A stretch of 64,000 nt of DNA from Candidatus Bathyarchaeota archaeon. GTDB lineage: Archaea; Thermoproteota; Bathyarchaeia; Bathyarchaeales; Bathycorpusculaceae. The translations under genes and the position numbers were made by a program. The notes under the pieces are model-generated. The model did no database searches and had not been told where the DNA came from. It was given only the letters and a program-made list of their open reading frames with translations. The DNA lies in NCBI GenBank assembly GCA_963768425.1, contig CAVYHV010000014.1, forward strand, positions 305,530-369,529, written 5' to 3'. Every line of letters begins with the position of its first letter. Position 1 is the first letter of the stretch. Below are positions 50,683-61,663 of this stretch, piece after piece.

Positions 50683-51312
50683 TTGAAATCAAAAAAGCCT
50701 ACGCTGGAAGACCAGCTTGCTTTCATTGCGGCGCAACACAGCGTCTATCCAACTGAGCTGTTCCAAGCCTTAGTTAACTCTAAGGAACAAGGAAAATCAG
50801 CAGTAGAAGATTTAACGATTGAATATCGAGGAAGCGTGAACGACCAAGCTATTTTCCTGATTAAAAAAGAAGGTAACGTTGTTGCTCAATTCCGTGTTCC
50901 AGAAGAAACCCTTTCAAAAGCGGATGTTTCGTTCGATAATTGGATGGAAACTAGGAAAGTTCGAAAGGAAATTGCAAGGCAGACCCCAACTCCAGCTCAC
51001 GTCAAAATTGAGGATTTGCGTGTAGGCATGAAAAAGGTGAACGTTGTTGCAGAAGTTTTGGAGACTGCAAAGCCATCTAAAGTTCACACTCAGTTTAGAG
51101 ATAACGCGCTTGTTTCAAACGCAACAATTGGGGATGAAACGGGAAAAATCCTGCTTTGCCTTTGGGACCAGCAAGTCGATGCCGTCTCAACTGGGGAAAA
51201 CATAGAAGTCGCGAATGCACACGTCGCCAGCTTTAAGGGTGAAAGGCAATTACGTCTAGGGAAGAACGGAAAGATTACAAAGCTAGAGAATATCAATAGC
51301 AAGACACCGTAA
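50683..51312 (+). CDS. Single-stranded DNA-binding (OB-fold) protein with N-terminal extra domain
   Basis: C-terminal KIEDLRVGMKKVNV...IGDETGKI..CLWD...FKGERQLRLGKNG. Confidence 0.78.
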   Translation: MKSKKPTLEDQLAFIAAQHSVYPTELFQALVNSKEQGKSAVEDLTIEYRGSVNDQAIFLIKKEGNVVAQFRVPEETLSKADVSFDNWMETRKVRKEIARQTPTPAHVKIEDLRVGMKKVNVVAEVLETAKPSKVHTQFRDNALVSNATIGDETGKILLCLWDQQVDAVSTGENIEVANAHVASFKGERQLRLGKNGKITKLENINSKTP

Positions 51313-51498
51313 AATCGAAACCGTCTTTTTTTATAAAATAATTGATTATTTCTTTTTCCAAATGGATTAATAACCAGTTATTGTAATTTTGCCTTTCTAA
51401 AACGACGTCGCGATATTATTAGTCTATACAAGTGAAAAGAAAGTAGGGGCCTAAATGGCCAAAACCGGGGTTAACTGCGGTTTTCCGCGGTTCTTCTT

Positions 51499-52653
51499 CT
51501 AAAAGAAGCTTTGGATCGGCGAATCGTTACTTTGGGATTTTGCTGACCCGATTAGCTCGATTTTTGTCTTAGTCAAAGCTTTGATGTTGTTGAAGTCTGA
51601 CATTTCGCCGTAGCTTACGAGCGTTATGGCTGTGCCTTCTTCGCCTTTGCGTGCTGTCCTTCCTATGCGGTGGAAGTAAACTGGTGCGTCCATTGGAACG
51701 TCATAGTTGATTATGTGTGTTATGCCTTCAATGTCTAAGCCTCTTGCCGCGACGTCTGTTGCTACAAGCAAGTTTAGTCTTCCCGCTTTGAAGTCGCTTA
51801 TTGCTCGGTCTCTTTGCGCTTGCGTGAAGCCGGCGTGTAATGCTTGTGTTCGGTAGCCTTTGCGGTAAAGTTGATCTGCTAATCTGCTTGTGTCTCGGCG
51901 TGTTCGACAGAAAATTATGGCTCTATCCACTTGGTCTTCATGCATTATTTTTAAGAGCGCTTCAAATTTGTCGTGTTGAGCTACAAGTGCATAGTACTGT
52001 TTCATTTGTGTCAAGGCGATTTCGTCTTTGCTGACAAGGATTTTCTGCGGGTTTTTCATGTAACGATCGCATACTCTCATGACTGATTCGTCAATTGTTG
52101 CTGAGAAAAGGCTTGTTTGCCTGTCGTGTGGTGTCTTTGAAAGAATGTATTTTATGTCTTCGATGAATCCCATGTCTAGCATTCGATCAGCTTCGTCAAG
52201 AACAACTATGCGTACGGATGAGAGGTTCAGAACACGCCTTTCCATAAGGTCGATCAATCTGCCGGGTGTACCGACAACGATGTGGACGCCGTTTGACAAA
52301 GCATGAATCTGCTTATTTATCGATTCTCCGCCGTAAACAGGCAGAACCTTGATTCTTGCGTACTTACCGAAACTTGCAATGCTTTGAGCCACTTGCATGG
52401 CTAACTCACGTGTTGGCGCTAAAACTAAGCCTTGAACACCGCGAACATCTCGGTCCAGCCGTTGAATCATTGGAAGCCCGAAAGCCGCTGTTTTGCCTGT
52501 TCCTGTCTGTGCTTGCCCAATGACATCTTTGCCCTCGAGCAAAGGGATTATTGCTTGGGCTTGAATTGGAAAAAGACTCTCAAACCCGAGTTCTTTTACG
52601 CTACTAAGGAGTTCCTCTGATAAAGGTAAGTCCTTGAATGATTGAATTTGCAT
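51499..52653 (-). CDS. DEAD-box RNA helicase
   Basis: FPIQ, AQTGTGKT, PTRELA, TPGR, LDEAD, SAT, ARGLD and HRIGRTAR motifs. Confidence 0.96.
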   Translation of the reverse strand: MQIQSFKDLPLSEELLSSVKELGFESLFPIQAQAIIPLLEGKDVIGQAQTGTGKTAAFGLPMIQRLDRDVRGVQGLVLAPTRELAMQVAQSIASFGKYARIKVLPVYGGESINKQIHALSNGVHIVVGTPGRLIDLMERRVLNLSSVRIVVLDEADRMLDMGFIEDIKYILSKTPHDRQTSLFSATIDESVMRVCDRYMKNPQKILVSKDEIALTQMKQYYALVAQHDKFEALLKIMHEDQVDRAIIFCRTRRDTSRLADQLYRKGYRTQALHAGFTQAQRDRAISDFKAGRLNLLVATDVAARGLDIEGITHIINYDVPMDAPVYFHRIGRTARKGEEGTAITLVSYGEMSDFNNIKALTKTKIELIGSAKSQSNDSPIQSFF

Positions 52654-52919
52654 ATATTTTTTTCCTATCACAAATTTTTCATGATTTCTTTAAAAGCCGT
52701 TGAGCTTTGTGATACATGAGTTAATGTGATAACTCCAAAGTCACGTTAGGCGTATAAAAACGTTTAGCAAAATAAAACGCAAAACGAAACATCTGCCACC
52801 CCCTCTTTTAGAGTTTAAATGCATGTGACTGTCAGGGTTCAATCACATACATAAAAGTAGTATGAAACTCCTGTTTTAGTCAACCGATTCCTAAGCAAAA
52901 TCAATTTAGAGGCGAAAAA

Positions 52920-53192
52920 ATGAGTAAACAAAAAGCGAGGAAACCGCCACCATACTTCTATGACGGACCCCCTCCAAGCTCGGAAGAGAAGCAAGAAGAA
53001 ACTGAAGACATCTACGATACTGAAACAAGAGAAACCATGTTAGAAGAAGATGACATCACCGCTGCTGAAGAAGGTTTCATGAAAGGACATGAACAAGAGC
53101 CGCCGGCGAAAAAAGAAACACGCAAAAAGGCGGTCAGTCATGACGACACTATCGCGGTTGAATTAGCTAAAGAAGACTCAGAAGACGATTAG
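52920..53192 (+). CDS. Small acidic hypothetical protein
   Basis: 90-aa ORF with GAGG RBS; EDIYDTETRETMLEEDDITAAEEGFMKG. Confidence 0.65.
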   Translation: MSKQKARKPPPYFYDGPPPSSEEKQEETEDIYDTETRETMLEEDDITAAEEGFMKGHEQEPPAKKETRKKAVSHDDTIAVELAKEDSEDD

Positions 53193-53334
53193 CCAGCTAA
53201 ACCTCTCCTAAATGCGATGACCCCATTATTGGATGGCTACTTAACACAAATGCTGGAATAATTTTTTGGGGAAACATTACCACTAACCATAATAGGCAGA
53301 AAGTAGAATCTTGATTGAGGCTTAAAAAGAAGTA

Positions 53335-53478
53335 ATGTTTAGAGACCCTGTTTGCGGCATGGTTCTAGATGATAATACAGCCAAATTCAAGATTACTTAT
53401 GAAGGGGAAACCTTCTATTTCTGCAGTTTAACCTGCAAGAAGAAATTCAAGAGACATGCCACAAAATTCGTCAAGTAA
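53335..53478 (+). CDS. YHS/TRASH metal-binding domain protein (47 aa)
   Basis: Manual translation MFRDPVCGMVLDDNTAKFKITYEGETFYFCSLTCKKKFKRHATKFVK*. Confidence 0.88.
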   Translation: MFRDPVCGMVLDDNTAKFKITYEGETFYFCSLTCKKKFKRHATKFVK

Positions 53479-53531
53479 TTAATTTCTTGTTTTTGAGTTA
53501 AAAAAGAAAAGGGATTAGTTGGTTTTTTAGG

Positions 53532-54287
53532 TTACTTAAAGAGTTTCCATACAATCGCAGCCAATATGCCGCCGATTATTGGTGCAACCCAAAAGACCCA
53601 TACTTGACTGAGCGCTGTACCGCCCACGAAAAGCGCTGGACCCAAGCTTCTTGCGGGGTTAACCGAAGTGCCATCAATAAATATTCCGACCAAGTGAACC
53701 ATCGTTAGTGATAAGCCAATAGCTATTCCAGCGAATCCTTTAGGAACCCGTTCATGTGTCGCACCGTGAACCACAAGCACGAAAATGAATGTCAAAACTA
53801 CTTCAGCAACAATCACTGCGCCTAAAGAAAATCCTAGTAAAGAAGCTGTGCCGTATCCATTCTGACCTAAACCGTTCACTGCAATGCGGTATGTTGGGCA
53901 TCCACTAAATATAGCGTAAAGTATGCCTGCACCGATTATTGCGCCTATGCATTGGAAGACAACGTAGAAAACTGTATCTTTGATGCTTAATTTCCCTGCG
54001 ACCAACATTGAAATCGAAATTGCGGGGTTTATGTGACAACCTGAAATGCCGCCGAACGCGTAAACCATTGCTAACACTGCAAGACCGAAAGCCAAAGCAA
54101 TTCCCACGTAAGCGTAAGCCGGTCCTAAGAAACCTTCACTTGCAATAGTTGCTACACCACAGCCGATAATCACTAAAATCATGGTGCCAATCAATTCAGC
54201 AGTGTATCTTTTTATCGCAAAACTTTGCGGTACTGCGGGCGGCGGTGACGGTACTGCGTTTAATTCTTTTTTAATTTCTTCACTCAT
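53532..54287 (-). CDS. aqpZ: Aquaporin (MIP family)
   Basis: AELIGT, ISGCHINPA and GTSVNPARS motifs. Confidence 0.93.
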   Translation of the reverse strand: MSEEIKKELNAVPSPPPAVPQSFAIKRYTAELIGTMILVIIGCGVATIASEGFLGPAYAYVGIALAFGLAVLAMVYAFGGISGCHINPAISISMLVAGKLSIKDTVFYVVFQCIGAIIGAGILYAIFSGCPTYRIAVNGLGQNGYGTASLLGFSLGAVIVAEVVLTFIFVLVVHGATHERVPKGFAGIAIGLSLTMVHLVGIFIDGTSVNPARSLGPALFVGGTALSQVWVFWVAPIIGGILAAIVWKLFK

Positions 54288-54459
54288 TCAGTCTTTCCCC
54301 TTTTGCAAATTAGAACTTGTTTTCTAAGCTAGCGCTTATAACAGTTTCCATAAGAATTCAAGTTAGATCCTTCGTCGAAGGCTGCTAAATTCTGAAAAAT
54401 CAGTAAAATTCGGAATCAAACAGAAGGACCAAGGCTTCGGCCAAAACCTCCTTGCTCTC

Positions 54460-54536
54460 CTGTATCAACAAACTGTATCAACAAAATGTATATACATTTA
54501 ACCGACCGGTCGGCTTGTACACACAAGAGAGAAGGA
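54460..54536. repeat. 77-bp module copy 1 (3 x 13-mer + 12-bp palindrome + hairpin)
   Basis: ctgtatcaacaaa ctgtatcaacaaa atgtatatacatt taa ccgaccggtcgg cttgtacacacaag agagaagga. Confidence 0.88.
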
Positions 54537-54681
54537 GGCGCCTCTTTGGCCGCAAGAAACTTAACATTACACCATAAACCCGTACCGTTAGGTTATTTGT
54601 CATGGCTCCCAAATCTTAAAATAAGCATAGAGCTTCAGGCGAACCGAATGGGGAACAAAACTTTGGGCACGTTCTTCCAGA

Positions 54682-54758
54682 CTGTACCGCCAAATTGTAC
54701 CGTCAAAGTGTACCGTCATTGACCCGACCGGTCGGCTTGTACACACAAGAGAGAAGGA
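54682..54758. repeat. 77-bp module copy 2 (last 35 bp identical to copy 1)
   Basis: ctgtaccgccaaa ttgtaccgtcaaa gtgtaccgtcatt gac ccgaccggtcgg cttgtacacacaag agagaagga, followed by a C10 run. Confidence 0.88.
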
Positions 54759-54848
54759 CCCCCCCCCCTTCCGTACAATAATAGCCGCTTGGCCGTAACA
54801 AATAACTCGATATCTTTAACTGATCGTAAAAGGAGAGCTACACAGTGC

Positions 54849-56127
54849 TTAAGGTTTCTCGTTTGCTGAAACATCCATCATCATCAGCCCTGAAACCATC
54901 TTAGGATAGAAATCGGTGCTTTTTTCGGGCAGCAACTCATGTTGTTGGGCAATCTCCACAACGGTTTCCGCGCTTATGGGGTTAACAAGGAACGCGATGC
55001 TGGCTTCTCCACGGTCTACTTTCTCAACTGCTTCCCTTGTCCACCGCACGTAGAGGATGTTTTCATCCATTTTTAGCTTGCCCGTTTTCAGGATGTGTTT
55101 AAAGACGATATCACGAAGGATGACGACGTCAAAGATTTTTGTTTCCCTAGAAACATGAGAAGCGACAAAGTCATAGACCTTGTTCTCGTGCTTTAGCGTT
55201 AAACCGTAAGCCTTCGAACCGGCGTAAACACAGAACGCATGTTCTCTATTGTGGCTTCTCAGAAAACTTTCAAGACCTTCAACAGAGGGGTCAACGTTTG
55301 AAATATCAAAGAAGCTCTCGAGGTCCCGTAGCACTTGATCGGTCAATTTGAATTCCTTAAGAAGACGATGCGTCGCCAGAACAGTGAGCCCTTCCTCTTG
55401 GATAGGAACCATGTAGCACATGTGAAAATTAAAAGCTGAATTCTCACTCCAGCTGCCTTTGCTGCGCATTTCGTCCCTGTAGGCCAAAGCACTTTCGTAA
55501 CGGTGGTGCCCATCGGTTATGACAACAGTTTTGCCGCTCATTTCAAGTTGAAGCTGCCTGATTTTTTCAGGTTCCGAAACCCGCCAAATTGTATGTTTAA
55601 CCTGCAGTTCATCAATAACTTCGATTATCGGTTTGGTCTTCGCCGTCGCGTCAAGGAAAGCCACTGTTTTCCTTTCGGGGTCGGAATAGATCAAGAAGAC
55701 TGACTCAAGGTTCTTCCGTACCGCCCGAAGCATGTTTAGTCTATCGGCTTTAGGTGCACTGTAGGTCCCTTCATGCGGGAACACCTTGTTTTCAGAGTAA
55801 TCGTAAAGCCGCATTGCAGAGATAAAACCGATGCGTGAACACTTTCTGCTATCCAAAACAAATTCTTGACGAGAAACGAAAACCGATCGCTCATCATCCT
55901 TGAGCTAGCACGCCTTCTTTTAGCCACTGCTCAATCCGCTGCTTAGCCGCTTCGTACTTGTTTTCCTCCATCGGCAAAATAAGCCTGCAATAGTTAAAAG
56001 GGGATTTTTTGTAGTATTCTTTTTGCATGTCGGCGTCAATTTTGTCGTACGGTTGAGTTATGAGGTCCGCTAGGTTTCCTGCTTTCTGGGTGTATAGTAT
56101 GGCTTTGATGGGTTTAATGTCAACCAA
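54849..56127 (-). CDS. DUF1015 family protein (one apparent frameshift near 55890)
   Basis: ITQPYDKI, PHEGT...KADRL, ITDGHHRYE, ATHR and PEKSTDFYPKMVSGL motifs. Confidence 0.88.
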
Positions 56128-56222
56128 AGGTTTCAGCCCGCGGATTTCTTTTTATTGCAATTTAATATGTAATCTTTGTCCTTAAGAAGTCCGTTTCCCG
56201 CGGGTTCTGTGGGTTTTAGCTG

Positions 56223-57300
56223 TCACTTTAATCCCCAGATGGAATCAATCAAGCTTGTGACTTCTTTTATTCCCTGCAGGTTCCACTCGCCCATATGTCC
56301 GATTCGGAAGGTTTTATCCGCCAGTTTCCCGTAGCCGTTAGATATAACGTAGCCTTTCTCGCCCAGCTTACGGTTAAGATCCTTGAAGTTTTTGCTCAGC
56401 GTATTTTTTATGCAGCTAACCGTTATTGACTCGTAGCCGGGTTCAGGGAACATTTCAAAATGTTTTTTCGCCCACTGCTGTGTATGACATAGCCATTTCC
56501 AGGTGCCGCATGTAAACCTTATCGTAGGTTTCCTCAAGCAGCAGATCCATGCGTTTATTCAACGCGTAAAGCAGCGGAATACAGGGGGTAAATGGAGTCT
56601 GATGCTTCTTCTCAAATTCGAAGATTTCAAGCAGATCTGTGTAAGTGCCTCTGTTCTGGATTTCCTTTGCTCTCTCAAGCGCCCTGTCGTTAACCAACGC
56701 AACGGTTAATCCCGGGGGAAGAGCAAAACATTTCTGGGTTGACGCGAAAATGATGTCGCAGCCGATCTGGCTTGGCAAGGTTTTGTCGCCTGCCATCGAG
56801 GAAACCGCGTCGATCGCATAGATGACGTTTGGGTATTTTTTTCGTACCAGATTGCCGATTTCAGCTATTGGGTTTCTCACGCCCGTTGAAGATTCGTTGT
56901 GGCAAACCGTCAAGGTATCGTATTCGCCGCTGTCCAGCTTTTCCGCCACCATCTCGGGCTTGATGGCTTTGCCCCATTCAACCTCTAAGAAATCGGTTTC
57001 TTTGCCGCATGCACGCAGGGTTTCGGCAGCCCGCTGTGCAAAAGCGCCGTTTACGCATGCCAACGCCTTCTTTTTGACTATGCTTCTGCCGACTATGTCG
57101 AACCAAAGCGTTCCTGACGAAGTGGTGACTGTCGGTTTTACGTCTGCCGTAAGCTCAAAGTACTTGGCTAATTTGGCGGTTATTCCGCCGTAAAGCTCCG
57201 AGAACTCGGCGCTTCTGTGTCCGATGAGAAGATGCGCCTGCTCGTTAAGTATTTCCTGGCTAACTTCCGTCGGCCCAGGAATCAAGAGTTTCTTATGCAT
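56223..57300 (-). CDS. Class V PLP aminotransferase (serine-pyruvate/phosphoserine aminotransferase-like; one apparent frameshift)
   Basis: LIPGPTEV, IGHRS, HNESSTGVRN, DAVSS, STQKCFALPPG, QTPFTP and FRIGHMG motifs. Confidence 0.9.
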
Positions 57301-57556
57301 GCCTAAACCTTCCACAAGAACGTTTAACATTTAAAATATAAGGGTTATGCGCAGCAAAAAGAAGTCTTGCCGCCTTGGAACAGCCATGTTATTCTGCGTA
57401 AGCCCGTGGTTTTGTCCGCCGGCTTGCTCGGTGGCTTTCAAAGTGGCGTAAGCTAGCATTTGCTTGCAATTGTTTAGTAATATATCGGAAACAGAAATCT
57501 TGTTATTAAGCAGTCGCGCCAAAAATGTATTGTCGAGGAGAAAGGAGAAGGCATTC

Positions 57557-57903
57557 ATGTTAAGAAGAGAGGTAATTCCCGAGTTTACTCATCATCCTGA
57601 TGGGCACACTGGACTGCGTAACCACCATAATCGGAGTCGTTTACAGCCGGCGCCAAAGAATTAAACCCCGCCATGGCAGTCATAGTTAACAGCAACGTTG
57701 GCGCTTTTTTAGTCGTCAAAATCGCAGCAACAATATTCATAGCGTTCACCTACGTCTTCGCAAGAAAAATCTTGACTGCACCTACCCAACAAAAACGGCA
57801 AAGCCTTCCTTTACTCAATCAAAGCCCTACATTCGCCTACGTGGGCATCGCATGCTTCCTCGCCTTCGCCGTCGCAAACAACCTCATAATCCTCATAAAA
57901 TAA
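57557..57903 (+). CDS. DUF5658-like small membrane protein (frameshifted)
   Basis: Reconstructed LMGTLDCVTTIIG...KELNPAM...FLVVKI...AVANNL. Confidence 0.6.
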
Positions 57904-58071
57904 ACCGCTGAAACAACTCGCCTATTTTTTTCGGAGCCGTTTCAGCTGCGTAAATATAGATTAGAAAAACATAAATAAAATATCCAAGCACAATACATCT
58001 GGACGCTGTAGCAGCAAGTTAAGAAACGCTTAATTGTAGCTACCATCAATATAGCAGATCGAGAGAGGAAA

Positions 58072-58600
58072 ATGAAATTCAGCCTATTCCACAAGCAGAA
58101 ACAGCAAACCAACCCTGAACAGCCAGCCGTGCCTCCTCAAGAAGAACCCAAAGCAGAAGCCGCAGCCTCCCCAAGAAAGCCAAACAGGAAGCCACTGCGC
58201 CAATCGAGCTTCAGAACCTGCGCCCGTTGAAACAGCGCCGACACAGGAAACCGTTGCAGCTGCGAGCCAGAAAAGAAGCCTGAAGCAGCTGAGCATCCAG
58301 AGCAAAACTTACCTCAAAGCTATGCCTCTTAAAACCGTCGCCGACGTGGAAAACGTCAAAAACGAAGTTAAAAACGGAAACATCATAATTCTTCCGAGTT
58401 ACTCCTCTTGCCAGCAAAAGCATCGACGACGTGAAAAACGCCGTAAACGAGCTTACCCAATTCGCCGAGTCAATCGGCGGCGACATCGCACGCCTAGGCG
58501 AGGAACGCGTCGTTATCTGCCCAAAAAAAATTAGGATTTGGCGTGAAAAAACGCCAGCCCCAAGCAATCTTTGCCGACCGCTGCGCCTACAGCAGCCTAA
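58072..58600 (+). CDS. sepF: Archaeal SepF-family cell division protein with long P/E/A/Q-rich linker (frameshifted; end approximate)
   Basis: YLKAMPLK...KNEVKNGNIIIL; VKNAVNEL...IGGDIARLGEERVVICP. Confidence 0.75.
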
Positions 58601-60513
58601 AAGTTTCAAGATTGCTGGGCAACTGTTGTATGCCTGCTTTGTTGTCTAAGTAGTTGGCGAAGTTGATTGTTTTCTGTTTTTCGCCGTGGCACACAAAGAT
58701 GCGTTCTGGTTTGGGTGTGAGATGTGTCAGGTAGTTGACGAGTTGGCGTCTGTCTGAGTGTCCTGAGAAGCCTTCGATGGATTCAACCTGCAGTTTGACG
58801 CTGAGACGCCGCCATTTTGCCTTCGTTGTCCATCATGGTTACTTCGCTGACGCCTTTCTGCACTCTTCTGCCCATGGTGCCTTCGATTTGGTAGCTGACG
58901 AAGATTATTGTGTTTTTGTCGTTGTTTGCCCAGTTTTTGAAGTACTCGATTACGGGTCCGCCTTCAAGCATGCCTGAAGTCGCCAGAACAATGCAGGGTT
59001 CGCCTTCGATGATGCTTTGCCTCACGCTGGGATGCTCAACGATGGTGAAGTAGTCGCTTTGGAACGGGTTAATCCCTTCATGCAGGATGCTGTGACGCAC
59101 TTCCCTGCCCAAATATTCTGGGTAAGCCGTGTGGATGGCTGTGGCTTCGCTAATCATGCCTTCGATGAAGACCGGAGCCTCCTTCATCAAGCCCCGTTTC
59201 ATGTAGCCGTCGATGATGAGCATGATTTCCTGTGCTCTGTCCAACCGCAGGCACCGGGATGAGAACTTTGCCTTTGCGCTCCAACGTCTGGTTTATGATG
59301 CGGGTCATAGCTTCTTCAGCTTCAACCCTTGTTGGCATAATGTCGTCTGCGCCGCCGTAGGTGCTTTCGGTGATGACGGTTTCGATGCGTGGAAACTCGG
59401 TTGCTGCCGCTTCCAGAAGCATGGTTCGGGCGAATTTGTAGTCGCTTGTGTAAACGATGTTGTGTAAGCCTTCGCCGATGTGCAGGTGAACCATTGAGCC
59501 GCCTAAGATGTGACCTGAATTATGAAGCGTCAGACGGATGTCAGGTGCAATGTCGGTGACGACGCCGTAGCGCAGGGGAATCGTGTGCAGAACACATTCC
59601 CGAACGTCTTTTTGGTCGTAGAAAGGGGTAACACCTTGCTTGCTGGCGACGTCCAAGTAGTCGAGCTGAAGCATCGTCATCAAATTCGACGTGGGCGCAG
59701 AACAGTAAATTGGACCATCATAACCATACTTGTAAAGGAAAGGCGCTAAACCGCAGTGGTCAAGGTGCGCGTGGCTAATCACAACGGCGTCCAACGAGTC
59801 AATCTGGAATTCTGGGCAGTCAAACCGTGGGAACGATTCAAAAGGCCTGTTTGAACCAGGGTTAATGCCGCAGTCCAAGCAGCACGCTGCTTTCGCTGGT
59901 CTTAACCAGCCAAGCTGAGCGTCCGACTTCTTGTGCGCCGCCAAGAACCGTCATGCGGACATCGCCGACTTCGTAGATTTTCGGTCTAAAGATGCGTCTC
60001 GCCAACGGTGCGCAGTATTCGTTCCCGCTCTTTGCTTTCGGAGTGCAGGTAATGACGCATGTGAGTGACAATTTTGGATTTAATCGGCGGGCTCCGCAAC
60101 ACATGGGGGCGCCACTTGGTTTTCTTGATAATTTCCTGCAAGACCGCGCCGTTTCTGCCAATGACCAAGCCAGGCTTTTTTGTTTCGATGATGATTTCTC
60201 CGAGGCTTGGGTCAAAGTTTATGTCGGTGACTTCGGCTTCTGGCGGAATCAGTTCACGAGCGATTTTTTCCGCCTCAACCTCGGGATTCTAACAGAGGGG
60301 TCAGGTCGAATAACGATTCTTTTTCGGATGACACCGACGATTTCCGCCACTATGCTGCTTTGCTCGACCAAAATTTCAGGTTTCTTGGTGTAAACCGCGA
60401 GCATCGGACCTTCGTATTCTATCCTGGTTACTTCTACTTCTCTTGGAACTTTCTGCAAAATATATTGACTAATTCTCTATCTTGTCTCGATCTTTTTCTT
60501 GTGTCCGAGCCAC
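58587..60513 (-). CDS. Beta-CASP ribonuclease aCPSF1/FttA (KH-MBL-betaCASP; many apparent frameshifts)
   Basis: RIEYEGP (KH), VIGRNG, LGGAQEVGRS, ISHAHLDH, SGHILG, TESTYG, ATSGML.GGP, GFSGHSD and VCHGE motifs. Confidence 0.92.
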
Positions 60514-61206
60514 AAATTTAACTTCCTGCTTTGAGAAGAACTCGCTTTTTCTTCTTCAGATAATTCGCGGTAACCGTTCTTGTCGATTACAGTGATATTG
60601 TAGTTGTTGCCGCTTGCAACATCCCGTTTCATAGCCGCATTAACTGCTTTAACAATGGTGGGTAGCAACTCGGCGATGGTCATGCCTTCACGATACTTGT
60701 CTTCAAGTATTCCGTAAGCAATTGGTGAACCAGAACCTGTGGAAACAGATTTTTCTTCCGTTAAGCTGCCGTATGGGTCCAGATTGTAGACGTGTGGTCC
60801 AGTGTCATCGACGCCGCCGACGAGAACCTGAGTTGCCAAAGGCACGTAACGTGCTGAGAAAAGCAGGTTCGCGACGAGCCTAGCTGCCGAGGCTGACGGG
60901 CATGGGCCTGTTCAGGTTTATTTTGTAAAGTGAAGCGTTCGCGGTAAGAATGTCTACGACTTTTTGGGCGTCTGCCACCGTGCCGGCAATCGTCATGCCT
61001 AAGTGGTCATCGATTTTGTAGACTTTTTTCCCGAATTTATGTGCTACATAGAAACCCATGGTTACTCGGGTGTCAGAAGCTAAAATCACGCCGTCTTTGC
61101 AGACGACGCCAATGGTAGTTGTTCCTTTAAGAACTAATTGACTAGCATTATTATTTTGTGACATAGTTTTGTGCTCCCCTAAAACTCCGTTTACGCGGAT
61201 TGCCAT
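60477..61206 (-). CDS. psmB: Proteasome beta subunit (apparent frameshifts; likely start MSQNN near 61164)
   Basis: LKG/TTTIGVVCKDGVILASDTR, TIAGTVADAQ, STGSGS and RDVASG motifs; conserved psmB-aCPSF1 synteny. Confidence 0.93.
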
Positions 61207-61450
61207 CCACTAGGAAGTAGCAACATCTAATCTTTCCGTGAACTTAATTAATATTTCGCCCCGCATAGGGTCTCGCGTTAACCACCCAGAGAAACACTAA
61301 AATTTGCAAACATGGGTTATCCCAAAAAAATTGCGTTTTCACCGATAAATTCTCACGCTTTTTCAAAAAACGCAATAATTCAGCATCATACTAAAATAGG
61401 GTTGATTCGAATATAGTAGACAATAGATTTGAGAAGGAGGCCATTTCCCG

Positions 61451-61663
61451 ATGAAAAGAAAAACCTATAAGAACACTCATGGAAATATTTACAAAGTTAA
61501 AATAAAACCAACTCGCAAAACCATGGATAAGAGTCTGATTGCCAAACGGCAAGCATTAGCCCAAGCGCTAGTCAAAACACAGCCACACAAGCCAAAGCAT
61601 AATCTCTGGCTACAGCTACCGCGTTTAATCAAAAAAGGGAAAACGCTTTTAGCGCTTTTTTAA
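61451..61663 (+). CDS. Small basic hypothetical protein
   Basis: 70-aa ORF preceded by GAAGGAGG. Confidence 0.45.
   Translation: MKRKTYKNTHGNIYKVKIKPTRKTMDKSLIAKRQALAQALVKTQPHKPKHNLWLQLPRLIKKGKTLLALF

Noticed and set aside
54486-54722. 78-aa ORF between the duplicated modules
   Set aside because: It starts inside the repeat, has no RBS or recognisable motif and is probably incidental.
54502-54758. Two-repeat mini-CRISPR (35-bp identical repeats)
   Set aside because: The intervening sequence is 187 bp, homology extends beyond the 35 bp, and there are no cas genes or third repeat.
58587-61206. Pseudogenes or programmed frameshifting in aCPSF1/psmB
   Set aside because: These are essential genes with intact motifs, and scattered indels across the window indicate sequencing error.
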